Assembly (NCBI GenBank): GCA_964544155.1
Contig: CAZJAH010000009.1
Span: 14,551-78,550 of the forward strand
Reading direction: 5' to 3'
Length of the DNA stretch: 64,000 nucleotides
DNA from: an uncultured Hyphomicrobiales bacterium
GTDB taxonomy: Bacteria; Bacteroidota; Ignavibacteria; Kapaibacteriales; UBA2268
In this document: in pieces, positions 18,956-27,359 of the stretch
Numbering within the stretch: the first letter of the stretch is position 1
Layout: each line of letters begins with the position of its first letter
Notes under the pieces: model-generated
Database searches by the model: none
Seen by the model: the letters and a program-made list of their open reading frames with translations, nothing else
What the model was told of the DNA's origin: nothing
Made by a program: the position numbers and the translations under genes

Positions 18956-18988
18956 AATCCGGTTCTTTTAAAGAACCGGATTTTTTTT
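18956..18988 (+). terminator. Strong orphan rho-independent terminator
   Basis: A perfect 12-bp stem AATCCGGTTCTT/AAGAACCGGATT has a 3-nt loop and is followed by a T-run to 18988. No annotated plus-strand gene ends here. Confidence 0.85.
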
Positions 18989-19039
18989 GGTAACAAAACA
19001 AGTTTAGAAATTGTTTATTAATTAAGGAATCACTATTAG

Positions 19040-19399
19040 TTAGAGTGAACTGTCAGTAAAAAGTTGGGCTACGTCTTCGGGGTTAATATTAGCCTGAGCG
19101 CCTGAAGCCTGAGCTCGGAACATAGGTGTTTTGATAAAACTAAGTTCAATAAGAGCTTCATCGAAGGATTCGATAGGCATATTGCCGGCTCTATCCAGAG
19201 GATGACTATCATCAGTCTGGATATTATTCTCCAGCCTGTCGAGGGCATTTAAAAGAATATCTTTTTGCCAGGAAGCAGGGGCAGCCGCATCATAGGTATC
19301 TGAAGATTGTTTTTCTTTTGCCGCGTTAAGTTCTTTACGACTGATTACCTGCGGGGCGTAAGGCATTGCCTGCTGTTGTTTGATCTTTGAAATATTCAT
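19040..19399 (-). CDS. Hypothetical protein
   Basis: The open frame is 119 aa from the ATG at 19399 (MNISKIKQQQ...). The track version starts at a TTG at 19465. I recognise no motifs. Confidence 0.55.
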   Translation of the reverse strand: MNISKIKQQQAMPYAPQVISRKELNAAKEKQSSDTYDAAAPASWQKDILLNALDRLENNIQTDDSHPLDRAGNMPIESFDEALIELSFIKTPMFRAQASGAQANINPEDVAQLFTDSSL

Positions 19400-19595
19400 A
19401 ACTATTCTTGTATTTTGTTTAATAAAAATATCAAAAGGAGTATTATTTATGGGATATCTTGGCAATTAACATACCATTCTTTACATAAGCGACTTTTTTT
19501 AATTAATTTTTTAATTAAATTTTGTATCTTATAAATGGAGACTGATAAGCTGTTAATAACATACAAATAAATTTAACTTATTATTGGGGGCAACT

Positions 19596-20126
19596 ATGAA
19601 AAATGTTTACTTAATTTTAATTATATCATTAGTACTTCTTTCCTGTTCAAGGCAAAGGGAATACCTGACTCCGATGGAAATTGAAGAAGAAAAAGAAACC
19701 GTTATTGAAGTTTGTAAAAAATTCAACGAAGCATCGGAAGAAAAGAGTTTCTCGAAAATTGTGGAAACCCTGGGGCATGAAATTATGTTTTTCGGCACCG
19801 ATTCGGCTGAAGTTATAAAATCTTTTCCTGAATTTAAGCAAAATTTCATTGCACAATGGGAAGAATACGATGTTCTTGACTATGGAGAGATGCGCGATGT
19901 TGCCGTTTTTATGGATGATGACGCAACACTTGCTTCAGTGATCTTCGGTATACCACTGTATGTTAAAAAAACCGGATATGAAAACCGCTACTATCTAAGA
20001 GTTGCCAGAACTCTGAAAAAGGAAGAAAATAAGTGGGTGATTGTCAGCGGAATAGTCGGAATAGCCAGAGTGGAAACTCCCGATGATACTGATCAGACTC
20101 AGACGGATAACAACGACAAACAATAA
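19596..20126 (+). CDS. Lipoprotein with an NTF2/SnoaL-like (DUF4440-like) domain
   Basis: The ATG at 19596 is preceded by GGGGG. The signal and lipobox read MKNVYLILIISLVLLSC. The body resembles SnoaL-like folds (tentative). Confidence 0.65.
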   Translation: MKNVYLILIISLVLLSCSRQREYLTPMEIEEEKETVIEVCKKFNEASEEKSFSKIVETLGHEIMFFGTDSAEVIKSFPEFKQNFIAQWEEYDVLDYGEMRDVAVFMDDDATLASVIFGIPLYVKKTGYENRYYLRVARTLKKEENKWVIVSGIVGIARVETPDDTDQTQTDNNDKQ

Positions 20127-20169
20127 TACTGCAATCATCTGCAATTGTATGACAGGATCTTTTTCAAAA

Positions 20170-20197
20170 GGCCGTCTCTACGGAGGCGGTTTTTTTG
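20170..20197 (+). terminator. Rho-independent terminator
   Basis: Stem CCGTCTC/GAGGCGG (one G-U pair) followed by TTTTTTTG. Confidence 0.7.
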
Positions 20198-20340
20198 TTT
20201 ACTTTTCCGGCCCTCGCTTTATAATATTTTTTTCTGAAATTTATCAGCTATTGTGAAATTGGATTTTACACATTCCCTTACTAAATTATAACATTAGGAT
20301 AAAAGAAATTCACATTTTAAGAAAATTTAAAGGAATTAAT

Positions 20341-21711
20341 ATGGAATCTGTGCTAAAATATATTGATACGAATAAAGAAAGATTTTTAAAGGAACTGACA
20401 AACTTTCTTGAAATACCCAGTATAAGCAGTCTTAAAGCCCACAATGAGGATACGCTCCACTGCGCTGACTGGCTGATTGATAACATAAAAAAAGCCGGAA
20501 TCGATAGCGTCAGGGCATATCCTACCCAGGGGCATCCCATAGTTTACGCCGAATATATGGAAGCCGGAAAGGCTGCTCCCACAGTGCTTATATATGGCCA
20601 TTACGACGTTCAGCCGGTTGACCCTTTGCATCTGTGGAAATCAGCGCCGTTCAAACCGGAGATAAGGAACGGAAAAATATACGGCCGCGGCACATCGGAT
20701 GATAAAGGCCAGGTCTTTGCTCATATTAAAGCTATCGAAGCCCACTTAAAAACTTATGGTAAACTGCCTGTGAATATCAAGCTATTGATTGAAGGCGAGG
20801 AGGAATGCGGTTCGAATAACCTGGATAAATTCATTGATAAGTACCGTGAAATGCTTGCATGCGATACTGTGATTATATCTGATACAGAATGGTTTGCCGA
20901 AGGCCTGCCATCTATATGCTATGGGCTGCGCGGCATTTCATTCGTTGAAGTATTCCTTAAAGGCCCGAACAGAGACCTTCACTCAGGCACCTTCGGCGGC
21001 ACGGTAGCGAACCCGTTAAACGTTCTGTGCGATATGATCTCCAGTCTAAAAGATGAAAAAGGCAGGATACAAATACCCGGCTTTTATGATGACGTAATAG
21101 AACTTACAGATAAAGAACGTGAAGAATTCAAGAGGCTGCCTTTTAATGAAGGCGAATACAAAAAAGACCTCAGTGTTGATGAACTGGCCGGCGAAGAAGG
21201 CTATTCCCCTTTAGAAAGGCTCTGGGGAAGGCCGTCGCTCGATCTTAACGGCATCGTCGGCGGATTTACGGGAGAAGGCGCTAAGACAGTACTCCCGGCT
21301 GAAGCATCAGCAAAAATATCCATGAGGCTCGTACCCAATCAGGATAGCTCGGATATTTCAAAGAAAATCGCAGATTATCTAATGAATATTGCTCCGAAAT
21401 CAGTCAAGGTAGAAGTAAGAGAGCTTCACGGAGGAAATCCTGTGGTAGTAGCCATGGATTCACCCGGCGTTAAGTCGGCTGTGGAAGCCATGAAAAAAGC
21501 ATTCGGAAAAGATGTGGTATTTATGCGCGAAGGCGGCTCTATTCCAATCGTTGAAGTATTCGACCGCGTGCTGCGGGCGCCGGCAGTCCTGATGGGGCTC
21601 GGCCTGCCTTCTGATAATATCCACTCGCCAAATGAAAGTTTCGCTCTGGATAATTTCTATGGAGGCATAAAAGCATCCGCAATTTTTTTCGAGGAATTTT
21701 CAAAACTGTGA
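20341..21711 (+). CDS. M20-family metallo-dipeptidase (ArgE/DapE/ACY1 family)
   Basis: Metal-site motifs are GHYDVQP, GRGTSDDKG and EGEEECGS. The length is 456 aa. Confidence 0.85.
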   Translation: MESVLKYIDTNKERFLKELTNFLEIPSISSLKAHNEDTLHCADWLIDNIKKAGIDSVRAYPTQGHPIVYAEYMEAGKAAPTVLIYGHYDVQPVDPLHLWKSAPFKPEIRNGKIYGRGTSDDKGQVFAHIKAIEAHLKTYGKLPVNIKLLIEGEEECGSNNLDKFIDKYREMLACDTVIISDTEWFAEGLPSICYGLRGISFVEVFLKGPNRDLHSGTFGGTVANPLNVLCDMISSLKDEKGRIQIPGFYDDVIELTDKEREEFKRLPFNEGEYKKDLSVDELAGEEGYSPLERLWGRPSLDLNGIVGGFTGEGAKTVLPAEASAKISMRLVPNQDSSDISKKIADYLMNIAPKSVKVEVRELHGGNPVVVAMDSPGVKSAVEAMKKAFGKDVVFMREGGSIPIVEVFDRVLRAPAVLMGLGLPSDNIHSPNESFALDNFYGGIKASAIFFEEFSKL

Positions 21712-21733
21712 ATCAAATGCACACTTAATTAAG

Positions 21734-21759
21734 AGCTGTCCTTTTAGGGACAGCTTTTT
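21734..21759 (+). terminator. Rho-independent terminator
   Basis: Stem AGCTGTCC/GGACAGCT with a 6-nt loop, followed by TTTTT. Confidence 0.8.
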
Positions 21760-21848
21760 ATTATGGAATTGATTATTTTATATTAAAAAAAATATTCATT
21801 ATTATTTTAATCTTTTAAAAATTAATTAAAATATAAAGGTATATTCTA

Positions 21849-23897
21849 ATGGCTGAAGAAAATTTTGTGCCTTACGTTCCCGAAAGCGAAACAGGAATGG
21901 CGGAACTGACCATGAGGGCATTGATCCTCGGTATAATAATGGCTGTGGTACTTGGAGCTGCTAATGCTTATTTGGGCCTGAAAGCAGGTATGACCATAGC
22001 TGCTACTTACCCGGCTGCGGTAATAGGCATGGCTTTTTTGAAAATTTTCAAAGGCAGCATCCTCGAAGAAAACCTCGCCAGGACTATTGGTTCTGTAGGC
22101 GAATCAGTAGCCGCCGGCGCGATATTTACCATACCCGCTTTTATGATAGCAGGTATATGGAGCGGCGAGGATTTCGGCAATACATCAAATTGGTTCGAAA
22201 CATCAATTATCCTGCTGGTAGGTGGTTTTATAGGTATCCTTTTTGTAACGATAATGCGCAGGATGATGGTCACGGATAAAGAGCTGCCCTTTCCGGAATC
22301 GATTGCTGCCGCTGAGATACACAAAGCGGGACGCAGCGGCACAAGCGGTGCTAAATTCCTGTTCTGGGCAATGGGCCTTGGCGCTTTAATCCAAATATTG
22401 ATAAAGTTACAGTTCTTCGCAAAAGGCTGGGAGTATTTTGTTGAGTTCAAAGGCCAGATAATAGCCTTTACCCGGGGCGAATCCGTAACAGCCGGCGGCG
22501 GAGCGCTGCTGAGCTCACCGGCAGTAAGCCCTGCTTATATGGGTGTTGGGTACATAATAGGCCCGCAGCTTGCATCCTTGAGCTTTGCAGGAGGCCTGCT
22601 TGCATGGGGATTATTCGTTCCTTTGCTTTTATATTTTCTGGGCCCTGAACTTACTACCGGTATAGCTGAAAGAAATGAAGCTGGCAATGAAGAATGGGCC
22701 GCGATAGCCGGTGCGGTATGGGCAAGCATAGTAAGGCCGATAGCGATTGGGGGTATGCTTCTGGCTGCTGCCCATACTATATGGAAAATGCGTAAAAACC
22801 TGGCTGCAGGCTTATCCAGAGCTTTCGGTGATGTCAGGAAAAAAGGCACTTCTCCTTCTGAAACTGAAATCCGCACACAGAAAGACCTGGATTTCAAATG
22901 GGTACTTATTGGAGTGGCAGTTGCGGCTGTTGCCACATTCCTCGTAACTAATTTTTTCACTAATGATATTAGCGCTTCAATTGTGGCAACAATTGTTATG
23001 GTAATAGCTGCGTTCTTTTTCTCAGCGGTGGCGGGTTATCTGGTGGGACTTATCGGATCAAGTAATAACCCAATCAGCGGCCTAACAATATCTACTCTGA
23101 TAGTTGCAGCTGTACTTATGGTGCTGCTGGGCATGTCCGGCAATGAAGGCATAGCCGCCGTACTGGGCGTAGCCGCGATCATTGCGGTGGCGGCGGCCGT
23201 TTCGGGGGATATGTTCCAGGATCTCAAAGTCGGATACCTGCTTGGAGGGACACCCTGGAAAATGCAGCTCGGCGAAATGGCGGGCGTATTAATTTCGGCT
23301 TTTGTGATGTTCTTTCCGCTTGTTATCCTGCACCAAGGTGATATAATCGCAAACGACGGTGAATTCATACTCGGGGTAACAGGGCTTGGAGGCGAGAATT
23401 ATCCCGCGCCACAGGCTTCGCTTATGGCTGTACTTGCCAAGGGTATTGTGGGCGGCAGCATGCCCTGGCCGTTAATATTCATTGGATTTGCCATGAGTAT
23501 GGTCTTTATTCTTCTTAAAGTGAAAAGCCCAATGCTCGTTTGTGTGGGTATGTATCTTCCTTTAGAAACATCATTCGCAATATTTATAGGAGGCTTGATT
23601 AAAGGAATACTTGATAAGATAATCCAAAGGCGGAAATTCAACTCAGCTCAAAAATCCAGGCTCACCAATAATGGTGTACTGCTGGCATCAGGCCTTATAG
23701 CCGGTGAAGCGCTGATCGGGCTTCTATTCGCTGCTCTTGCTGTGATGGATATTAAAATATCGCAGTTCTTTATTTTCGAAGAGCCTTCATTCCTGCTCAG
23801 CCTGCTGGTATTCGCGGTAATCGGCTATATACTGATACGTATCCCTGTTAATAACGCGGGCAGCCCCGATGAACCTGCTCCCCCGCCTCAGTTATAA
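21849..23897 (+). CDS. OPT-family oligopeptide transporter
   Basis: This is a 682-aa polytopic membrane protein. The N-terminus EL.T.RAL.LG.....V.GAAN.YLGLKAGMT. is typical of bacterial OPT (TIGR00733-type) proteins. Confidence 0.8.
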   Translation: MAEENFVPYVPESETGMAELTMRALILGIIMAVVLGAANAYLGLKAGMTIAATYPAAVIGMAFLKIFKGSILEENLARTIGSVGESVAAGAIFTIPAFMIAGIWSGEDFGNTSNWFETSIILLVGGFIGILFVTIMRRMMVTDKELPFPESIAAAEIHKAGRSGTSGAKFLFWAMGLGALIQILIKLQFFAKGWEYFVEFKGQIIAFTRGESVTAGGGALLSSPAVSPAYMGVGYIIGPQLASLSFAGGLLAWGLFVPLLLYFLGPELTTGIAERNEAGNEEWAAIAGAVWASIVRPIAIGGMLLAAAHTIWKMRKNLAAGLSRAFGDVRKKGTSPSETEIRTQKDLDFKWVLIGVAVAAVATFLVTNFFTNDISASIVATIVMVIAAFFFSAVAGYLVGLIGSSNNPISGLTISTLIVAAVLMVLLGMSGNEGIAAVLGVAAIIAVAAAVSGDMFQDLKVGYLLGGTPWKMQLGEMAGVLISAFVMFFPLVILHQGDIIANDGEFILGVTGLGGENYPAPQASLMAVLAKGIVGGSMPWPLIFIGFAMSMVFILLKVKSPMLVCVGMYLPLETSFAIFIGGLIKGILDKIIQRRKFNSAQKSRLTNNGVLLASGLIAGEALIGLLFAALAVMDIKISQFFIFEEPSFLLSLLVFAVIGYILIRIPVNNAGSPDEPAPPPQL

Positions 23898-23913
23898 ACC
23901 AATTAAATAAAAA

Positions 23914-23943
23914 AAGCCCTTTTATTACGGGGCTTTTTTTTTG
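23914..23943 (+). terminator. Rho-independent terminator
   Basis: Stem AAGCCC/GGGCTT followed by a run of 9 T. Confidence 0.8.
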
Positions 23944-24035
23944 GAATGGCTTATTTGCTTAATTTTGTATTATGAAAATATTTGGATATTTTCAGCGTTT
24001 AAATATAAATTGTTTAATTACTTCACAAAGTTAAC

Positions 24036-24407
24036 TTGGTCTCATTTAAGAAAAATAAAAAGAAAGATATAAATTATCTTGAACTTACCCCATATAAAAA
24101 GCACAGCCATGAGATTAACGAAAAAGGGCGAGTGGATGTGCTCGTTCCCCGTTTCGACAATAAATTACTCGAAAAGATATTCATTCCAAAAAGCAAGTCA
24201 AAGTTCATTAAGGCCAATCTGGATGAATTCGGCTCAGAAACATGGCTGCTTATTGACGGAGAGAATAAAGTAAGGGATCTGGCCGAACTGCTTAAGTCAA
24301 AATTCGGTGACAGAATACACCCTGTTTATAACCGATTGACTCTATTTCTGACCCAGCTTCATAAAAACGGATTTATAGATTTTTTAGAATTTAAAAAGGA
24401 CAGGTAA
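24036..24407 (+). CDS. PqqD-family (RRE-like peptide-binding) protein
   Basis: The C-terminal half reads ETWLLIDGENKVRDLAELLKSKFGD...LTLFLTQLHKNGFIDF, which fits the PqqD winged-helix pattern. The ORF has no ATG, so the start must be the TTG at 24036. The stop lies 2 nt before the pepD ATG. Confidence 0.65.
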   Translation: MVSFKKNKKKDINYLELTPYKKHSHEINEKGRVDVLVPRFDNKLLEKIFIPKSKSKFIKANLDEFGSETWLLIDGENKVRDLAELLKSKFGDRIHPVYNRLTLFLTQLHKNGFIDFLEFKKDR

Positions 24408-24409
24408 TC

Positions 24410-25870
24410 ATGGCAAAAGTATTGGCAGGAATTAAACCGGAACCGGTATGGGATTATTTTGAGGAAATTTGCAAATATCCCAGGCCTTCAAAAAAAGAAG
24501 AAAAAATTGCAAAATATATACTCGACTGGGCTAAAGAAAAAGGCTTTGAGACAAAAAAAGACCAGCTTGGTAATTTTGTGGTAAGAAAGCCGGCCACTAA
24601 AGGCATGGAAGACAGAAAGGCAGTGTGCATACAGGGCCATATAGATATGGTCTGCGAAAAGAACAGCGACGTGGAATTCGATTTTGATAATGATCCTATA
24701 CAGCCCTTTATAGATGGAGACTGGATAAAAGCAAAAGGCACAACGCTTGGCGCTGATAACGGCGTAGGAGTTGCTATGGGTATGGCAATACTCGACAGCA
24801 AGGATATCCCGCACCCGGATATTGAAATGCTCTGTACTCTCGACGAAGAAACAGGCCTTACAGGCGCGCAGCAGCTCAGTACAAAGCTGTTAAGGTCGGA
24901 TATACTCATAAATCTCGATTCAGAAGAAGACGGCGCTTTCACTATCGGATGTGCCGGAGGGCTTAACACAACCGGGCGGTATAAGTACCATGCCGATGAT
25001 GTTCCCGCTGACTGCGAAGCTTATGAAGTAACCGTTAAAGGCCTCAAAGGCGGCCACTCAGGCATTGAAATACACGACGGCAGAGGTAATGCCATTAAAT
25101 TCCTCAACAGGCTCCTGTGGAACTTAACTAATAAATTCAATATCAGAGTTTCTTCATTCAATAGCGGCGCAAAACATAACGCTATACCCAGGGAAGGTTT
25201 TGCAACAATTTGCGTTTCTAAAGCAGCTAAAAAAGACTTTGAAAAATATATCAAAGATTATAATGAAATTGTTCAGAAAGAATTCATTACAAAAGAACCC
25301 AATCTAAACGTAAGCGCTAATACAACTGAAATGCCCGAACGCGTGATGACAGCAGATATGCAGAAAAAGCTGCTCAACTCTTTCTATGTGATGCCCCACG
25401 GCGTTATACGAATGAGCCCTGATATTGCGGGCCTTGTGCAGACATCGACCAACTTTGCCATTGTGGAAACACGGGATGATGAGGTCTATGTGCTTACCAG
25501 CCAGCGCAGCTCCATTGAAACTGAAAAAGAAGACCTTGGCAATATGGTCAAGGCTTCGATAGTTGTTGGAGGCGGTAATGTGGAATTCGGCGAAGGCTAT
25601 CCCGCCTGGCAGCCGAATATGGATTCGCCCATACTTCAGGAAGCAATAGTTGTTTACGAAAAAATATTTGGTAAAAAGCCTGTGATTGAAGCAATTCACG
25701 CCGGGCTTGAATGCGGCCTTATCGGAGAGAAATATCCGCATATGGATATGCTTTCATTCGGACCGACTCTGAAGGATGTTCATTCACCAGATGAGAAAAT
25801 ATCTATTTCCACAACAGAGAATTGCTGGAAGCTTCTGCTCGGAATTTTAAAAGAGATCCCCAAAAAATAA
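24410..25870 (+). CDS. pepD: Aminoacyl-histidine (Xaa-His) dipeptidase, M20C
   Basis: Length is 486 aa. Supporting motifs are PRPS.KE, GHIDMV, GTTLGADNGVGVA and LDEETGL.GA. The C-terminus has GPT..DVHSPDE. Confidence 0.9.
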   Translation: MAKVLAGIKPEPVWDYFEEICKYPRPSKKEEKIAKYILDWAKEKGFETKKDQLGNFVVRKPATKGMEDRKAVCIQGHIDMVCEKNSDVEFDFDNDPIQPFIDGDWIKAKGTTLGADNGVGVAMGMAILDSKDIPHPDIEMLCTLDEETGLTGAQQLSTKLLRSDILINLDSEEDGAFTIGCAGGLNTTGRYKYHADDVPADCEAYEVTVKGLKGGHSGIEIHDGRGNAIKFLNRLLWNLTNKFNIRVSSFNSGAKHNAIPREGFATICVSKAAKKDFEKYIKDYNEIVQKEFITKEPNLNVSANTTEMPERVMTADMQKKLLNSFYVMPHGVIRMSPDIAGLVQTSTNFAIVETRDDEVYVLTSQRSSIETEKEDLGNMVKASIVVGGGNVEFGEGYPAWQPNMDSPILQEAIVVYEKIFGKKPVIEAIHAGLECGLIGEKYPHMDMLSFGPTLKDVHSPDEKISISTTENCWKLLLGILKEIPKK

Positions 25871-25893
25871 AGTACTTAAATTATTTAATTTTG

Positions 25894-25929
25894 AGCCGGC
25901 CGGTATATAAAGTTATCAGCCGGCTTTTT
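25894..25929 (+). terminator. Rho-independent terminator
   Basis: Stem AGCCGGC/GCCGGCT followed by TTTTT. Confidence 0.7.
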
Positions 25930-26036
25930 ATTAAAAGAAATATTTAACTTTACGGCAGAGTATTTTCATACGTCATTAAATAAGCAACATAAGCGTTCTT
26001 ATATCTGTAATTTATTAAGTGAGATATATTGAAAAA

Positions 26037-27359
26037 ATGAAAACATCTATTATATTGACCGCCTGTTTAATATTGGTATTTGCAGCTGACTCATACGGGC
26101 AGAAGCCCGGCAGTAAGAAGCAGTATGACTATATGGTATCCGGGATGAAAGCCTTTGACCTGGGAAATTATGAAGAAGCTATTCGTGATTTTACCAGGCT
26201 GCTGAAAAATGAAATTGATAATGAAAGAGCCTATTACAATCGTGGCCTGGCGTATTTATATACGCGCCGCTATGAAGAAGCGGCAGATGATTTTGATGAA
26301 GTCATCAGGATAAACCCATCATTTGCAGAACCTTATAATAACCGCGGCCTGGCATACTCATTCCTGGGCAGTCACGAAGAAGCGATTAAAGACTTCGATA
26401 TGGCCATTACCAAAGATCCGGAATTTACTGAGGCTTATATTAACCGCGGCAGCGCCTATCTCCAATTAGATAAACACGATGAAGCGCTGGCTGATTTTTC
26501 GAAAGCCATTGAGCTCGATCCGATGAATCCTGAAGCATACTTCCAGAGAGGCCTGATGCATTACAAAATGGCGAATTATGAAAGCTCGATTAAGGACCTT
26601 AGCGACGCTATAGATATGGGTGTACGCAACTATGAGTTGTACTATCAAAGGGCAAACGCTTATTATATGACACATGAATATAGCAAAGCCATTCAGGATT
26701 TTACTACTGCCCTTGAAATCCAGCCTCAGGATACGCGTGCGCTAAATAACCGGGCCATGGCCTATGATAAAGCCGGGATGGCCAAAGAAGCCATTGAAGA
26801 CAGAAGGAAACTTGCTGAAATAAATGAAACAAGATTCACGCCTGTCGAAGAACTTCAATTTGTTACTTATAAAGATGAATCAGGAAAAATCAGCCTGGAG
26901 TTACCCGAGGGATGGAATTTTTATTCCAACCCGGTACAAGACGATATTAAAGATCTCGAGTTTATAATAAGCGAAAAAGAACTTGAAAGTTTTGAAGATT
27001 TCTATATGTCGGGTGTTACAGTAACTTATATTAAGAACATGCCGGAAAAGTATAATGTAAGTAATTCAAATGAAATACTTGATTTCTGGCGGGGCAGCCA
27101 GGGCCTGAACAGCAAAAACTACTTCAACTATGAAGTTTTTTCACAGAAGCAGTTTACAAGGGGAGGATGGAGCGGGCTTATGTTCCATACTGTATTGCGG
27201 CATTCTGAAAATTCGCCGGCATTCAGCTACTATGAGATGGTAATGGCAAATGATACTGATATAATTTACGCGTATTTCAGAGCGCCGCTGAACGTGTTTT
27301 CTTATTACCAGAAAATATTCGACAAAGCTGTTTCATCATTTAAAGTAAGCACTGAATGA
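26037..27359 (+). CDS. Secreted TPR-repeat protein
   Basis: It has a signal peptide from the ATG at 26037 and at least six 34-aa repeats of the form A...F..AI..DP....AY.NRG. The track start (a GTG at 26019) is less likely. Confidence 0.8.
   Translation: MKTSIILTACLILVFAADSYGQKPGSKKQYDYMVSGMKAFDLGNYEEAIRDFTRLLKNEIDNERAYYNRGLAYLYTRRYEEAADDFDEVIRINPSFAEPYNNRGLAYSFLGSHEEAIKDFDMAITKDPEFTEAYINRGSAYLQLDKHDEALADFSKAIELDPMNPEAYFQRGLMHYKMANYESSIKDLSDAIDMGVRNYELYYQRANAYYMTHEYSKAIQDFTTALEIQPQDTRALNNRAMAYDKAGMAKEAIEDRRKLAEINETRFTPVEELQFVTYKDESGKISLELPEGWNFYSNPVQDDIKDLEFIISEKELESFEDFYMSGVTVTYIKNMPEKYNVSNSNEILDFWRGSQGLNSKNYFNYEVFSQKQFTRGGWSGLMFHTVLRHSENSPAFSYYEMVMANDTDIIYAYFRAPLNVFSYYQKIFDKAVSSFKVSTE

Noticed and set aside
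19040-19465. The idea that this small acidic protein is an FlgM-type anti-sigma-28 factor or another flagellar accessory protein.
   Set aside because: I could not match the conserved C-terminal FlgM helix pattern or any flagellar gene context in the window. The gene is left as hypothetical.
21734-21759. Terminator hairpins at 21734-21759 and 50421-50449 share the stem core GCTGTCC/GGACAGC, and those at 23914 and 58183 share CCCTT(TT)ATTACGGG. This could indicate a REP-like repeat family.
   Set aside because: There are only two copies of each, with 7-13 nt of identity and different loops and flanks. This is compatible with chance among GC-clamped terminators. A genome-wide count would be needed.
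24454-24969. 171-aa antisense ORF inside pepD, and similar long antisense ORFs at 22007-22450, 38728-39186, 40901-41443, 45135-45626, 55520-56029 and 60813-61280.
   Set aside because: Each lies entirely within a gene on the opposite strand that has strong family motifs. Their sequences are low-complexity or Ser/Pro/Ile-rich, as expected for shadow frames.
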